Positions 9,357 to 19,539 of a stretch of DNA of 64,000 bases are shown here, piece after piece. Source of the stretch: Spirochaetia bacterium (lineage in GTDB: Bacteria > Spirochaetota > Spirochaetia > SZUA-6 > Bin103); the NCBI GenBank assembly GCA_965199955.1, contig CBDATQ010000002.1, positions 64,001 to 128,000 of the forward strand, read 5' to 3'. How positions within the stretch are numbered: position 1 is the first letter of the stretch; every line of letters begins with the position of its first letter. The position numbers were made by a program, and so were the translations under genes. The notes beneath the pieces are model-generated. The model worked only from the letters and a program-made list of their open reading frames with translations. It had not been told where the DNA came from and searched no databases.

Positions 9357-10763
9357 GTGGGTGTGCGGACGTACGAGCGTTCCACGGTTCTCCCTCACTC
9401 CGTGGAGCGCGTATTCGCGTGGCACGAGACCGTAGCCTCGTTCGAGCGCTTGCTGCCTCCCTCGCCGCCGATGGAGCTGCTGGAGCGCACCGGGACGATC
9501 CGTGAGGGGGACCGCGCGACCTTTCGCGTAGGGGTCGGTCCGTTCGGCTTTCGCGGCACGGTGGAATACGAGGGCTACCGGCCGCTCCAGGAGTTCGGTA
9601 ACCGGCACGTCGGCGGTCCCCACCGTTCGTTGCGGCACCGCCATCTGTTCCGCTCGACCGGGGAGGCGAGCTGCGAGCTCACCGAACGGATTCACTGTGA
9701 GCCGCGCCTGATCATGGCGACGCTGGGCCGCGTGTCGCTCCGGCGCACGATGGAGCGCGCGCTGGAGTTCCACCAGGAGCGCGTCCGCCGCGACCTGGAG
9801 CGCCACGCGGCCGGGCCGGCGGGACCGCTACGGGTGCTGCTCACCGGCGCGTCCGGGCTGATCGGCGGCGCGCTCACTGCCTTTCTGGAAAGCGGCGGCC
9901 ATGACGTGGTCCGGCTGGTGCGGCCACCCGCTTCCGAGCGGCGGCCACCCGCTTCCGAGCGGCGGCCACCCGCTTCCGGCCGGGAAATCGCCTGGGACCC
10001 CGCCTCCGGGCAGATTGACGCGGCCGCCCTGGAAGGGTTCGACGCGGTGATCCACCTGGCGGGGGAGAACATCGGCGCCGGGCGCTGGACCGCGGCGCGG
10101 CGGCGGCGCATCCGCTCAAGCCGCGTCGCATCGACCGAGCTACTTTGTGGTGCTCTCGCAGCGCTGAAGCGGCCTCCCGCGGCGCTGGTGTCAGCTTCGG
10201 CCGTCGGTTACTACGGCGACGCGGCAGGCACGGTCGACGAGTCCGCGCCGGCCGGCGGCGGCTTCCTGGCCGAGGTGACCGCCGCCTGGGAGCAGGCTGC
10301 CGAAGCGGCGCGGGCGGCGGGCATCCGGGTCGCGCACGCCCGCTTCGGCCCGGTGCTCAGCCCCAAAGCGGGAATGCTGAAGCGGCTCCTGCCGGTATTC
10401 CGGGCGGGCGCCGGCGGCGTGGTCGGCAGCGGCCGGCAGCCGATCAGTTGGATCGGGCTGGACGACGCGATCGGCGCGCTGCACTTCCTGATGAGCAGCG
10501 ACCAGGCGCAGGGCGCCTTCAACGTAGTGGCACCGCGTCCAGCCACCAACCGGGAGTTCACACAGGCGCTGGCGTCCGTGCTGAGACGGCCGGCGTTCGC
10601 GCCGGTCCCTGCTCCGGCCATCCGTGCCCTGTTCGGGGAGATGGGCGATCAGCTCATCCTCAAGGGGCAGGCGGTGGGCCCGGCACGGCTGACCGAGCTA
10701 GGGTTTCGCTGGCTGGAACCGACCCTGGACGGCGCCCTGCGCTGGGAGCTGGGCATTCAGTAG
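9357..10763 (+). CDS. TIGR01777-family NAD-dependent epimerase-like protein with N-terminal SRPBCC domain
   Basis: TGASGLIG, IHLAGENI, SASAVGYYG and GGFLAEV, plus N-terminal VFAWH...FERLLPP. Confidence 0.9.
   Translation: MGVRTYERSTVLPHSVERVFAWHETVASFERLLPPSPPMELLERTGTIREGDRATFRVGVGPFGFRGTVEYEGYRPLQEFGNRHVGGPHRSLRHRHLFRSTGEASCELTERIHCEPRLIMATLGRVSLRRTMERALEFHQERVRRDLERHAAGPAGPLRVLLTGASGLIGGALTAFLESGGHDVVRLVRPPASERRPPASERRPPASGREIAWDPASGQIDAAALEGFDAVIHLAGENIGAGRWTAARRRRIRSSRVASTELLCGALAALKRPPAALVSASAVGYYGDAAGTVDESAPAGGGFLAEVTAAWEQAAEAARAAGIRVAHARFGPVLSPKAGMLKRLLPVFRAGAGGVVGSGRQPISWIGLDDAIGALHFLMSSDQAQGAFNVVAPRPATNREFTQALASVLRRPAFAPVPAPAIRALFGEMGDQLILKGQAVGPARLTELGFRWLEPTLDGALRWELGIQ
9920..9978 (+). 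repeat. In-frame 21-bp tandem repeat (about 2.8 copies)
   Basis: GCGGCCACCCGCTTCCGAGCG occurs twice plus a 17-nt partial copy and encodes RPPASER repeats. Confidence 0.95.
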
Positions 10764-10870
10764 CCGGCGGCCTTGTCCACCAGCCCCAGGAGGGGCCGGC
10801 CTTCCCGAAATCGGCACAGGTTCTCGACGAGGTGGTCCGCGAGCCGCCGCTGCGTCGCGACCGAGTTGGC
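10757..10870 (-). pseudogene. C-terminal remnant of a D-2-hydroxyacid dehydrogenase
   Basis: RRLADHLVENLCRFREGRPLLGLVDKAAGY* is the typical C-terminus of this family; the rest of the gene is absent. Confidence 0.7.
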
Positions 10871-11046
10871 CGCGTCGATGTAGCAGGATTGGGGCCCGAG
10901 GAAGAAGCCGCCGTCTGGTGGACTGGACCGGTCGGTCGGCAACGGGGTAGTCTCCCGCCTTCACCCGCGTGGTGAGGTGGCCGTCACCGACTGCGTGGCA
11001 CGCTCTCGCCGGCGCGGGCACAACGCATCGCACACGGAGGATGAGC

Positions 11047-12747
11047 ATGCACAAGCGATCAAGCAATCTCGTGGCCGTGATGGCCCTGTTGGCGCTCTGG
11101 CTGGTGCCGTCGATGGCATTTGCCGAAGGGCAGGCGGAGGGTGCCGCGGACCAACCGATGGAGATCACGTGGCAGCTGCGGGAAGAGACCTCCTACGCGG
11201 CGCAGGTGGCCGAGGAGATCTTCAACGTCCGCATCCTCGGCAACGGCATCTGGAACAACGACCGGGAGAAGATCGACCTGATGTTCGCCGCCGGCGAGGC
11301 GCCGGAGGTCTTTTCGGCCGGGGACGACCAGTTCCACTACCGCGACGGGCTGACCCGCGAGATCCCGCTGGCGATGATCCAGGAGCACGCGCCGCTGCAC
11401 TACCAGTGGATGCTCGACCATCCCATCGCGCTCAACATCAGCAGGAGCCCGGACAGCGACGATGCCTACGTCGCCCTGGTCGGGGTGACGATGTCGACCA
11501 ACGTGCCGCTGATCGGCTTCTGGTCGACCCGCGCCGACTGGGCCGAGAACGTCGGGCACCCGATTCCGGATTACTACGAGACGCGCTGGAAGGTCAGCAC
11601 CGAGACCGACCGCACCTGGTTCGTGCCGGCCAACCTCACGCTCGACTGGATGGAGGAGCTGATGGTGCTCTATCGGGACGGCGATCCCGACGGCAACGGC
11701 AAGATCGACACCATTCCGGCGAGCGCGTCCAACGTCATCCCCTGGAGCTTCACCACCCTGTTCGGCGCCTTCGGCCTGCCGATGTACTCGATCACGGTGG
11801 GCACCGGCGGCGTGGCCAACTACCAGGACGAGAACGGCGACCTGGTGCTGCAGCCGGTTTCACCCCGCTACAAGAAGTTCCTGGCCCACCTGGCCGACTG
11901 GTACGCCAAGGACCTCATCGACAAGGAGTTCCCGACCATGAGCCGCCAGGACCAGTGGCAGAAGGACATGGCCGGCATAGTCGGGGTGCAGTTCATGAGC
12001 AACTCCACCTACGTCAACCCGACGCTGGAGCGGCCGCCCAACCACGCGACCCTGGAAGAGGTCGCGGCCGGCGCCAGCGTGGCGATGATGCCGCCGCCGA
12101 TCGGTCCCGAGGGCTACCAGGGCGTGCAGGTCTACCAGGCGCACTCGCCGATCAGCAACTGGGCCTCCCTCAAGATCCGCCACGACGTGAGCGACGAGAA
12201 GCTGGCCAAGATCCTGCAGATCTGGGACTGGCGCCAGCATGACCCGGAGGGCTGGATGATCAGCCAGTTCGGCAAGGAAGGCGTGCACTTCACCTGGTCC
12301 GGCGAGGCGGGCAACTCGAAGCCGAACCGCGTGACGGAGGAAGACGTCGTGGCGAACCACCCGGACGAGCCCAAGCTCGGCAGGTTCTTCCACTATCCGT
12401 ACGGATATCACATGGACATGATCCGCTGGATCTACTCGCCGCAGTTCGTCCAGATCTGGGACAACTGGTTCGCCCCCGGACACTCCGAGTACTACCACAC
12501 GCGACCGTACAAGTGGGACCTGTTCACGGAGACCGAGATGAAGGCGATCGCCGATCGCCAGGGCGAGGGGCTGAACACGCTCGCCAACGAGTTCTTCATG
12601 CGGGTGGTGACCGGGCAGGTCGACCTGGACGCCGAGTGGGACGCCTACGTGGCGCGCTGGATGGCCGAGGGCGGCGACCAGGTGTACGAGGCGATGCAGA
12701 ACTCGATCATCATCAAGGCGCTGCACGAAGGCCGCATCGAATACTGA
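11047..12747 (+). CDS. ABC transporter extracellular solute-binding protein (LplA-like)
   Basis: GGAGG RBS, signal peptide ending AFA-EGQAE, DPDGNGKIDTIP motif, and EWDAYVARW near the C-terminus. Confidence 0.88.
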   Translation: MHKRSSNLVAVMALLALWLVPSMAFAEGQAEGAADQPMEITWQLREETSYAAQVAEEIFNVRILGNGIWNNDREKIDLMFAAGEAPEVFSAGDDQFHYRDGLTREIPLAMIQEHAPLHYQWMLDHPIALNISRSPDSDDAYVALVGVTMSTNVPLIGFWSTRADWAENVGHPIPDYYETRWKVSTETDRTWFVPANLTLDWMEELMVLYRDGDPDGNGKIDTIPASASNVIPWSFTTLFGAFGLPMYSITVGTGGVANYQDENGDLVLQPVSPRYKKFLAHLADWYAKDLIDKEFPTMSRQDQWQKDMAGIVGVQFMSNSTYVNPTLERPPNHATLEEVAAGASVAMMPPPIGPEGYQGVQVYQAHSPISNWASLKIRHDVSDEKLAKILQIWDWRQHDPEGWMISQFGKEGVHFTWSGEAGNSKPNRVTEEDVVANHPDEPKLGRFFHYPYGYHMDMIRWIYSPQFVQIWDNWFAPGHSEYYHTRPYKWDLFTETEMKAIADRQGEGLNTLANEFFMRVVTGQVDLDAEWDAYVARWMAEGGDQVYEAMQNSIIIKALHEGRIEY

Positions 12748-12767
12748 TCACTGTCGTCGATGGACAT

Positions 12768-12798
12768 GAAGGGGGTGGGCCGCTGGTCCATCCCCTTC
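12768..12798 (+). terminator. 14-bp stem-loop between SBP and permease genes
   Basis: GAAGGGGGTGGGCC-gct-GGTCCATCCCCTTC, with two G-U pairs. Confidence 0.55.
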
Positions 12799-12818
12799 CG
12801 CTCTAAGTCCGGAGGCTG

Positions 12819-13772
12819 ATGCCGATGCCCGCATCCGCGGTCGACATCCAGATACGCGACAACCTGCGGCGCGAGCGATGGAGCCGCGTGCGGCGGATGC
12901 GGCTGCTCTACCTGTCGCTGCTTCCCGCTCTGCTGCTGCTGCTCGTGTTCAACTACGTCCCGATCTACGGCATCGTCATCGCGTTCAAGAACTTCCAGGC
13001 AAGCCGCGGCATCCTGGGCAGCCCCTGGAACAACTTCGAAAACTTCGAGGTGCTGTTCGGCAGCTTCCAGTTCCAGCGGGTCATGCGCAACACCGTCATC
13101 ATCAGCTTGCAGCGCATCGTGTTCGGCTTTCCGGCGCCGATCCTGCTGGCCCTGATCATCAACGAGTTCGCCAACTCGTGGTGGAAGAAGGGGATCCAGT
13201 CGATCACCTACCTCCCCCACTTCATCTCCTGGGTCGTGATGGCCGGCATCCTGGTGGAGATACTGTCACCGCAGCGCGGCATCATCGGGTACCTGTACAC
13301 GGTGCTCGGCAGGGACGCGCCGCTGCTGCTCACCAACCAGAACGTGTTCCGGCCGATTCTGATCGCCACCGACGTCTGGAAGGAGGTGGGGTGGGGCTCG
13401 GTGATCTACCTGGCGGCGATCTCCTCCATCGATCCGACCATGTACGACGTGGCTCGGATCGACGGCGCCGGTCGGATACGGCAAGCCACCGCCATCACGC
13501 TGCCGTCGCTGCTGCCGGTGATCACCATCCTGTTCATCCTGCGCCTGAGCGGCATCCTCAACGCCGGCTTCGACCAGATCTTCAACCTCTACAACGAGCT
13601 GGTGTACGAGGTCGCCGACATCATCGACACCTACATGTACCGGGTCGGCATCCTGTCGCAGGAGTTCGAGTTCGCCACCGCCGCCGGCCTGTTCAAGAAC
13701 GTCGTCGGGGTCGCGTTGATCGTGCTGGTCAACGCCGTGATCAGGCGCTTCAGCGATCACGGAATCTGGTGA
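12819..13772 (+). CDS. ABC transporter permease (LplB-like)
   Basis: FNYVPIYGIVIAFK, YLPHFISWVV and YDVARIDGA. Alternative start at 12825. Confidence 0.93.
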   Translation: MPMPASAVDIQIRDNLRRERWSRVRRMRLLYLSLLPALLLLLVFNYVPIYGIVIAFKNFQASRGILGSPWNNFENFEVLFGSFQFQRVMRNTVIISLQRIVFGFPAPILLALIINEFANSWWKKGIQSITYLPHFISWVVMAGILVEILSPQRGIIGYLYTVLGRDAPLLLTNQNVFRPILIATDVWKEVGWGSVIYLAAISSIDPTMYDVARIDGAGRIRQATAITLPSLLPVITILFILRLSGILNAGFDQIFNLYNELVYEVADIIDTYMYRVGILSQEFEFATAAGLFKNVVGVALIVLVNAVIRRFSDHGIW

Positions 13773-13802
13773 TGGCGGACCGGCGGTTCGGGACGGTCTG
13801 AG

Positions 13803-14771
13803 ATGGCCAAGCAAATGATCGACCAGGGGCTGGTCGAGGTCGATATCAGCGGCGCGCGCATGCGCCGCGTGTTCGGCTACGGGCGCCAGACGGCCGGGGA
13901 AATCGCCTTCAAGGCGGCGGCGTCGGTGGTGTTGTTCCTGCTTGCCCTGACCTTTCTCTATCCGTTCTGGTTCACGATCATTCTGTCCTTTTCCGGCTTC
14001 AACGACGCTCTGACGCTCGGCCTGCACATCTGGCCGAGCGAATGGAACATGGAAGCCTACGAGTTCGTGTTCACCGAGAACGTGATCGCGGTCGCCTACT
14101 TCAACTCGATCGTCCGTACCGCGGTGGGCGGCGCGCTCACCGTGGTGGTCACCTTGATGGCGGCCTATCCGCTGTCCAAGAAAAACCTGCCGGGGCGCAC
14201 CGGGATCACCATCTACATCCTGATCACGATGTTCTTCTCCGGCGGGCTGATACCGACCTACCTGTTGATCCGATCGCTGGGCCTGCTGGACAAGTTCATC
14301 GTCCTGATCCTGCCGGTGTTGGCGATCGGCTTCTACATCATCATCGTCCGCAACTTCCTGATGACGGTCGATATCGCCTACGAGGAGTCCGCGCTGATCG
14401 ACGGCGCCAACTACCTGGAGATCCTGTTCCGGGTGATCATGCCGCTGGCCAAGCCGGTGATGGCCGTGATCTTCCTGTGGGCGGCGGTGTACCACTGGAA
14501 TGAGTGGTTCCACTGGCTGATCTACATGAAGAGCAATTCCAAGATCGTGCTGCAGATGATCCTGCGGCGGCTGCTGATCAAGGAACGCGAACTGCTGGAG
14601 CAGGTCATCGAGTTCGGCGACCCCGGGGACTTCACCAACCAGCAGCGCCTGCCTCCGGAGGCGCTGAAGGCGGCAACGACCCTGATCACGATCGGGCCGA
14701 TCATCCTGTTGTATCCGGTCCTGCAGCGCTACTTCATCAAGGGCATCTTCGTCGGCTCGCTCAAGGGCTGA
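13803..14771 (+). CDS. Carbohydrate ABC transporter permease (LplC-like)
   Basis: MFFSGGLIPTYL, EESALIDGA and YPVLQRYFIKGIFVGSLKG. Confidence 0.93.
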   Translation: MAKQMIDQGLVEVDISGARMRRVFGYGRQTAGEIAFKAAASVVLFLLALTFLYPFWFTIILSFSGFNDALTLGLHIWPSEWNMEAYEFVFTENVIAVAYFNSIVRTAVGGALTVVVTLMAAYPLSKKNLPGRTGITIYILITMFFSGGLIPTYLLIRSLGLLDKFIVLILPVLAIGFYIIIVRNFLMTVDIAYEESALIDGANYLEILFRVIMPLAKPVMAVIFLWAAVYHWNEWFHWLIYMKSNSKIVLQMILRRLLIKERELLEQVIEFGDPGDFTNQQRLPPEALKAATTLITIGPIILLYPVLQRYFIKGIFVGSLKG

Positions 14772-15954
14772 GCCGGTACCGCCAGGCGTCGCCGCGCATG
14801 TGCCGTTCTGCGTCCACCCAGAGCCGCGTCATGCGCAGGATCAGGTCGTCGCCGGTGCGCTCCTGGTGCACCTCGAAGTTGCGCAGGCGCACGGGCGCGG
14901 GGTCGTCGTCGCGCCAGGTGTCGATCTCGGTGACGCTGTCGCGGATCAGCAGGAAGCTGTCCGGGTCCACCTCGCCTGCGACCAGCGGATAGTCCGGACC
15001 GTTGCCCTCGGGGTTTTCTTCGCACAGGTTGCCGATCCAGTAGTAGCGGCCGCTGGAGTGCGGGACGATCGTGGAGTAGGAGGCGGGCGAGTGGAACGGC
15101 GTGCCGTCGGTCCAGGTCCAGGGCGCGATGCGGCTCCAGGTGAGGCAACCGTCGTCGGAGGTGCAGTACCACTTGTGGCCGGGCAGTGACGGATTGCCGG
15201 CGTTGCTGCCGCGCATCACCATCAGGAAGCGCCCGTCGGGCATCTCGGCGACCGCCCCCTCGCTTACTCCGCGGGTGGAGACGTCGGGCTCCAGGATGAC
15301 GCGTTCGCCGACTTCCCATCGCAGCCGCCTGCCGGGCTGCCAGGTGCCGATCAGGACCATGATCTCGTGAAAGGAGAGCGCGCCCGGCGGACAGAACAGC
15401 GTGCCGTCGGGTTGCAGGCGGGTGATCTGCACGGGAAAGATCAGGCGCCCGGCGCGATCGAAGAACGGCACGTTGGCGAAGTGGACGGCGTTCCTGCCGG
15501 TCCACACCGCCTGCAGCGGATGGGAGGGATCGTATTCCTCTCCCTCCTGGATGATCCGGTCCTCGAACAGCCAGGTAAGCCCGTCGTCCTCCGAGACGCG
15601 GTAGGTGGCGAAGGTGGAGGTGAGCGCTTCCAGCATGTGGTCTTTCGGCATCACCGAGGTGCCGTTGAGCGCCACCAGCAGCCCGCTGCTCGGATCGGTC
15701 ACCAGCGTGCCGTAACCGGTCCGTACCGTGCCGGCCGGGGTGAGATGGCTGACTTGGTAGGGGTGGTCCTCCGACCACGTGGCCCCGTCGTCGTCGGAGT
15801 AGCTCAGGCGCAGCAGGTCGTAGATGTCGTTGCCGATCTCGCTGAAGCGCTGCCGGAGAAGCTTGGGCTCGTGGGCGGAGCGGTAGCCGACGGTCTCGTA
15901 GGCGGCCGCGACGTCGCTGCCGCGATAACTCAAGGTCCGTTCGCTGACGGTCAT
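14761..15954 (-). CDS. Asp-box (BNR) sialidase-like beta-propeller protein
   Basis: Asp-boxes SDDDGATW, SEDDGLTW and SDDGCLTW; no signal peptide. Confidence 0.8.
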   Translation of the reverse strand: MTVSERTLSYRGSDVAAAYETVGYRSAHEPKLLRQRFSEIGNDIYDLLRLSYSDDDGATWSEDHPYQVSHLTPAGTVRTGYGTLVTDPSSGLLVALNGTSVMPKDHMLEALTSTFATYRVSEDDGLTWLFEDRIIQEGEEYDPSHPLQAVWTGRNAVHFANVPFFDRAGRLIFPVQITRLQPDGTLFCPPGALSFHEIMVLIGTWQPGRRLRWEVGERVILEPDVSTRGVSEGAVAEMPDGRFLMVMRGSNAGNPSLPGHKWYCTSDDGCLTWSRIAPWTWTDGTPFHSPASYSTIVPHSSGRYYWIGNLCEENPEGNGPDYPLVAGEVDPDSFLLIRDSVTEIDTWRDDDPAPVRLRNFEVHQERTGDDLILRMTRLWVDAERHMRGDAWRYRLSP

Positions 15955-15969
15955 GCGCTTCCCCCGTAC

Positions 15970-17250
15970 TTACAGTCGCAGCCGGTAGTGATAGGCGTCG
16001 GCGCTCCAGATGTCGCGACAGCCGCCCTTGGCCCCGAGGCGTGTCAGGTAAAGCTCCAGGTCGCGGGTCTCGCGGTTCTCCAGCAGGCTGAAGTTGGTGA
16101 GCTGCAGGGTGTCGGCATCGTGCTCGGGATCCCGCCGGTCGATCACGGTGACGGTGTCGCGCTTGAGCGCGACGCGCTGCTCGTCGACCTCGGCGATCTG
16201 TAGCGGGTGGCGCGGCGCGCTGGCTTCGGCCGGCCGCTCGGCGATGTTGAGCATGCAGTACAGTTTGCCGGTCCTGGTGGCCCGGATGGTCTTGGCGAAC
16301 GTTGCGGGCGAGTAGAACTGCCCGCCGTCGTCGTAGCGCAGGTCGATGATCGGGGTCCAGGTCAGGCCGCCGTCCGAGGAGGTCGAGCACCACTTGCGGC
16401 CGGGGCACTCCAGGGGGTCGAGCCCGGCGTTGGAGCCGCGCATGATCAACAGCAGCCGGCCGTCGGACAGCTCGCTCAGATCGAGCTCGACCAGTCCGCG
16501 CGTGGAGGTGCGCCGCGGCAGTAAAATTGGCTGCGAGGTCTGCCAGCGGTAGTCGCCGGCCGCCGCGTCCCAGCGGCCGACGAAGCAGATGACGCCCGCG
16601 ACGCAGCCTTCCCGATAGGTGTTGGGGAACACCACCGCGACCTTCTCATCCTCGGCGTCCCGGTACGGGACCGGCACCGTGGCGCTGATCACGACGGTCC
16701 CATTGCTCGTGACGAGCGGGCGGCCGACGTACATCTCGTTGCGCCGGAAGAACGTCTCGTCGCCCCAGTCCTGGGGGTCGAAGTCCGGCCGGGACTCGTA
16801 CTTGAGCAGGCGCGCGTCGCCCCACGTGCGGCCGTCGTCGGCCGACAACTGGTAGAAGCTGTGATCGGCGAAGCGCCGCTCGCCGGTCCAGAGCAGGTGC
16901 AGCGCCTCTCGCGGATCGCCGCGCAGCAGGCGCTGGAATACCGGCTTGATCAGCATGCCGGACACCGGATCGTAGGGCCCCGTGCCGCGCTGGCTCGCCC
17001 CGCCGGACTCTGTCACGTCGCCCTGCCGCGGCCGCTCCTCGTACAGGAGCTCCCAGTCGCTCCAGGTCCTGCCGTTGTCGGGAGATTCCCGGCTGCGCGC
17101 CCGGTAGTTCCAGTCGGACGAATTGACCAGCGCCCTCGTTTCCTCCAGCCGCAGGCCCTGGCCGATGTAAGATACGGCGCAACTCACCGCCACCCGTTCC
17201 TGGCCCGAGGTCGCGTACCGCTCGCGCTCGACCTCGCAGATGGGTGCCAT
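15970..17250 (-). CDS. Asp-box (BNR) sialidase-like beta-propeller protein, paralog of 14761..15954
   Basis: Asp-boxes SPDNGRTW, SADDGRTW and SSDGGLTW. Shares STRG..E...E..DGR.L..MRGSNAG with its neighbour. GGAGG precedes ATG 17250. Confidence 0.8.
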   Translation of the reverse strand: MAPICEVERERYATSGQERVAVSCAVSYIGQGLRLEETRALVNSSDWNYRARSRESPDNGRTWSDWELLYEERPRQGDVTESGGASQRGTGPYDPVSGMLIKPVFQRLLRGDPREALHLLWTGERRFADHSFYQLSADDGRTWGDARLLKYESRPDFDPQDWGDETFFRRNEMYVGRPLVTSNGTVVISATVPVPYRDAEDEKVAVVFPNTYREGCVAGVICFVGRWDAAAGDYRWQTSQPILLPRRTSTRGLVELDLSELSDGRLLLIMRGSNAGLDPLECPGRKWCSTSSDGGLTWTPIIDLRYDDGGQFYSPATFAKTIRATRTGKLYCMLNIAERPAEASAPRHPLQIAEVDEQRVALKRDTVTVIDRRDPEHDADTLQLTNFSLLENRETRDLELYLTRLGAKGGCRDIWSADAYHYRLRL

Positions 17251-17381
17251 AGCCGTGGATCCCTCCATCCTCACTACCACGCCGGTTGCGGCATGGCAAG
17301 AGCGGCCGACGGGCGCGCCGTGGCGTAGTACCATCTCATGGATTCCGGCAGGAAGCGTGTGAGGCGCACCGGAGGAGGATC

Positions 17382-18326
17382 ATGAGAACCCAGGGAGATC
17401 CGAATAACGATCTGAAGTCGGTGCTGACACATCTATCCGAACACGGATACGCGGTTGTTGAAGGAGTGCTCAGCAAAGATGAGGTCCGGTACTATCGGGG
17501 TATCGTGGCGGATCTCTTCGAACGAGAACGACGACAACCCTTCGAGCCGGAAGACGGTCCCGCGTTGCCGGGAGACGACCAAATCGAAGCGTATCTGAAG
17601 GAAAGCTACCAGATCAGTGAAGCGGAGCAGGCTCGACTCATGCGGCGAGTCCGCCATACCCGTGCCCAACAGCAAGACACGCCGTGGCCCGTCCCTCCTG
17701 CGGCGGTCGTCAAGAATTTCCTTCATTTGCCGACCCTGTTCGATCACGACCGGTCGCAGCGAATCTGGAACGTCGTGAACAAGGCGCCGGATTTCGGGAA
17801 ACTGATAGAACACCCGGTGGTGCTGTCCCTGGCGCGGGAGATCCTCGGAGCCGATTGCGTGCTCGCCGACTGCAGCGCGACCAGCATCGGTCCGCATACC
17901 GACGAAGGGGGAGCGTGGCACGTTGATGTGCCGCTCGGTCAGTTGCCGGAGCCCTTGCCGGACTTTCCCCTGACCATTCAGAACGCCTGGATGCTCGATG
18001 AGTTCACGACGACCAACGGTGCCACGCAGATCGTTCCCGACAGCCACCGCACTCGCAGAAAGCCCGCATGGGGAGGAGAGCAGGAGAACCGAACAAAGCT
18101 GACCGGGCCGGCCGGCTCCGTCGCCATCTGGCTTTCGAACACCTGGCACCGATCGGGACCGAACGCCACGGACAACCCTCGTCGAGCGATTCTCTGCTAC
18201 TACTCCCGCTCGTGGATGAAGCCGTTTACCGACTACACGTCGATAGCCCCGAAGGTCGCGCAAACCTTCTCGCCCGGGTTGCGCTATCTGCTGGGATTCT
18301 CGTCGAGTGCGCCCGTGCGCGGGTAG
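17382..18326 (+). CDS. Phytanoyl-CoA dioxygenase (PhyH) family Fe(II)/2OG oxygenase
   Basis: GYAVVEGVLS, WHVD, NGATQIVPDSH and WHRSGPN...RRA. GGAGGAGG RBS. Confidence 0.9.
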   Translation: MRTQGDPNNDLKSVLTHLSEHGYAVVEGVLSKDEVRYYRGIVADLFERERRQPFEPEDGPALPGDDQIEAYLKESYQISEAEQARLMRRVRHTRAQQQDTPWPVPPAAVVKNFLHLPTLFDHDRSQRIWNVVNKAPDFGKLIEHPVVLSLAREILGADCVLADCSATSIGPHTDEGGAWHVDVPLGQLPEPLPDFPLTIQNAWMLDEFTTTNGATQIVPDSHRTRRKPAWGGEQENRTKLTGPAGSVAIWLSNTWHRSGPNATDNPRRAILCYYSRSWMKPFTDYTSIAPKVAQTFSPGLRYLLGFSSSAPVRG

Positions 18327-18339
18327 CGCGGGCAGGCGG

Positions 18340-19539
18340 TCACGTCAGGCTCCCGCGGAGCGCCCGCACCAGCCACGGCACGGCCACGGCGTGCTTGAAG
18401 TTGTGGTTGGGCACGTCCACGTTGGCGTAGGTGAAGTACTCGTCCATGGTCAGCCCCTCCGGGATCTCGTCGTCGTCGTGGATCCGGGCGTCAGCGTCGG
18501 CGTATCGCGGATAGTGGTGGATCGCAAGCAGGTGACTCGAGCCGCGTTCCCGGTACGCGCCGCGGACCTGGTCCAGGTGCTGCCTGGCACCGCCCTCGGT
18601 CATGATCAGCGGGCGGCCGGCCAGCGAGCTCAGCAGGTCGGGAAAGTCGAACCACCTGAACATGCCGGGGACGACGTGCCATAGCGGATCCACGTCGCGC
18701 CATTGCCCGTCGCGAGGCAACCCGAGCACGACGTGGCGCTGGCGCACGTGGCAGAGAAAGTCGTTGAACACCAGCGCGGCCAGGCTCGGGTCGAGCACGG
18801 CCATGCACATCGCCGGCTCGGTGCCCAGGGAATGACCGCTGACCGCTACCCGCCGGGCATCGACGAACGGCAGCGAGCGAAGCCACCCCAGCACATGCAG
18901 CTTCTGCGACACGGTCAGCTCCACGTAGCTGCGTCCCAGCCGGATGAGCTGCGCAGTGAGCTTCACCCGGCCGCTGTTCGGGGGAACGCCTGCAGGCAGC
19001 AGGTCCAGCTCGCCGATGCCGGGGTTGTCCAGCGCCACGGCCACCAGTCCTGCCCTGGCGTAGTACCAGGCCATGCGGTTGGCTACGGGGTGCTTGTTGG
19101 GCGGCTGTTCCGGCCGCAGCTCCGGCTCGCCGGCCAGCAGCTCCTTGCTTGAGGCCGAACCGGGGAAGCACATCACGGCCGCGCCGGGCTGCGCATCGTC
19201 GACCGTGTCCGGCACCAGCATGAGCAGCGGCACCACCGACCCCGGCTCCGGGTATGCCTCCCATTTCTCCAGGCGGTAGCCGTCGCGCCGCTCGGTCCAC
19301 AGGCGAACCGGTGCGGGCTCCGGCGGCGTCCGCGGCGCGATGAGCTCGGGAGTAAGCGCCAGCAGCTCGGCGAGCTTGTCGCGCACCCGTTGCCGCCACT
19401 CGGCAAACCCGGCGTCTTCCAGCCCGGGCCGGTAGGCCAGCCGGCCCTCAGTGCTGCGCAACAGGTGCTGGCAGAGGGCCATGGTGGTTACATGGCGTCC
19501 GTCGCCGCGATCAGGAGGGTAGCGTGCTTCATCGCTCAT
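18340..19539 (-). CDS. Alpha/beta hydrolase family protein (dienelactone hydrolase/Abhydrolase_7-like)
   Basis: Nucleophile elbow SGHSLG, plus YRLEKWEAYP, VFNDF, WFDFPDLL and HNFK. Confidence 0.82.
   Translation of the reverse strand: MSDEARYPPDRGDGRHVTTMALCQHLLRSTEGRLAYRPGLEDAGFAEWRQRVRDKLAELLALTPELIAPRTPPEPAPVRLWTERRDGYRLEKWEAYPEPGSVVPLLMLVPDTVDDAQPGAAVMCFPGSASSKELLAGEPELRPEQPPNKHPVANRMAWYYARAGLVAVALDNPGIGELDLLPAGVPPNSGRVKLTAQLIRLGRSYVELTVSQKLHVLGWLRSLPFVDARRVAVSGHSLGTEPAMCMAVLDPSLAALVFNDFLCHVRQRHVVLGLPRDGQWRDVDPLWHVVPGMFRWFDFPDLLSSLAGRPLIMTEGGARQHLDQVRGAYRERGSSHLLAIHHYPRYADADARIHDDDEIPEGLTMDEYFTYANVDVPNHNFKHAVAVPWLVRALRGSLT

Noticed and set aside
7725..9806. Long antisense or alternative-frame ORFs (also 14729..16408, 28468..30282, 31042..33045, 51219..52913, 54475..56391)
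   Set aside because: These are Arg/Pro/Ala-rich shadow ORFs expected in high-GC DNA, and they overlap well-supported genes.
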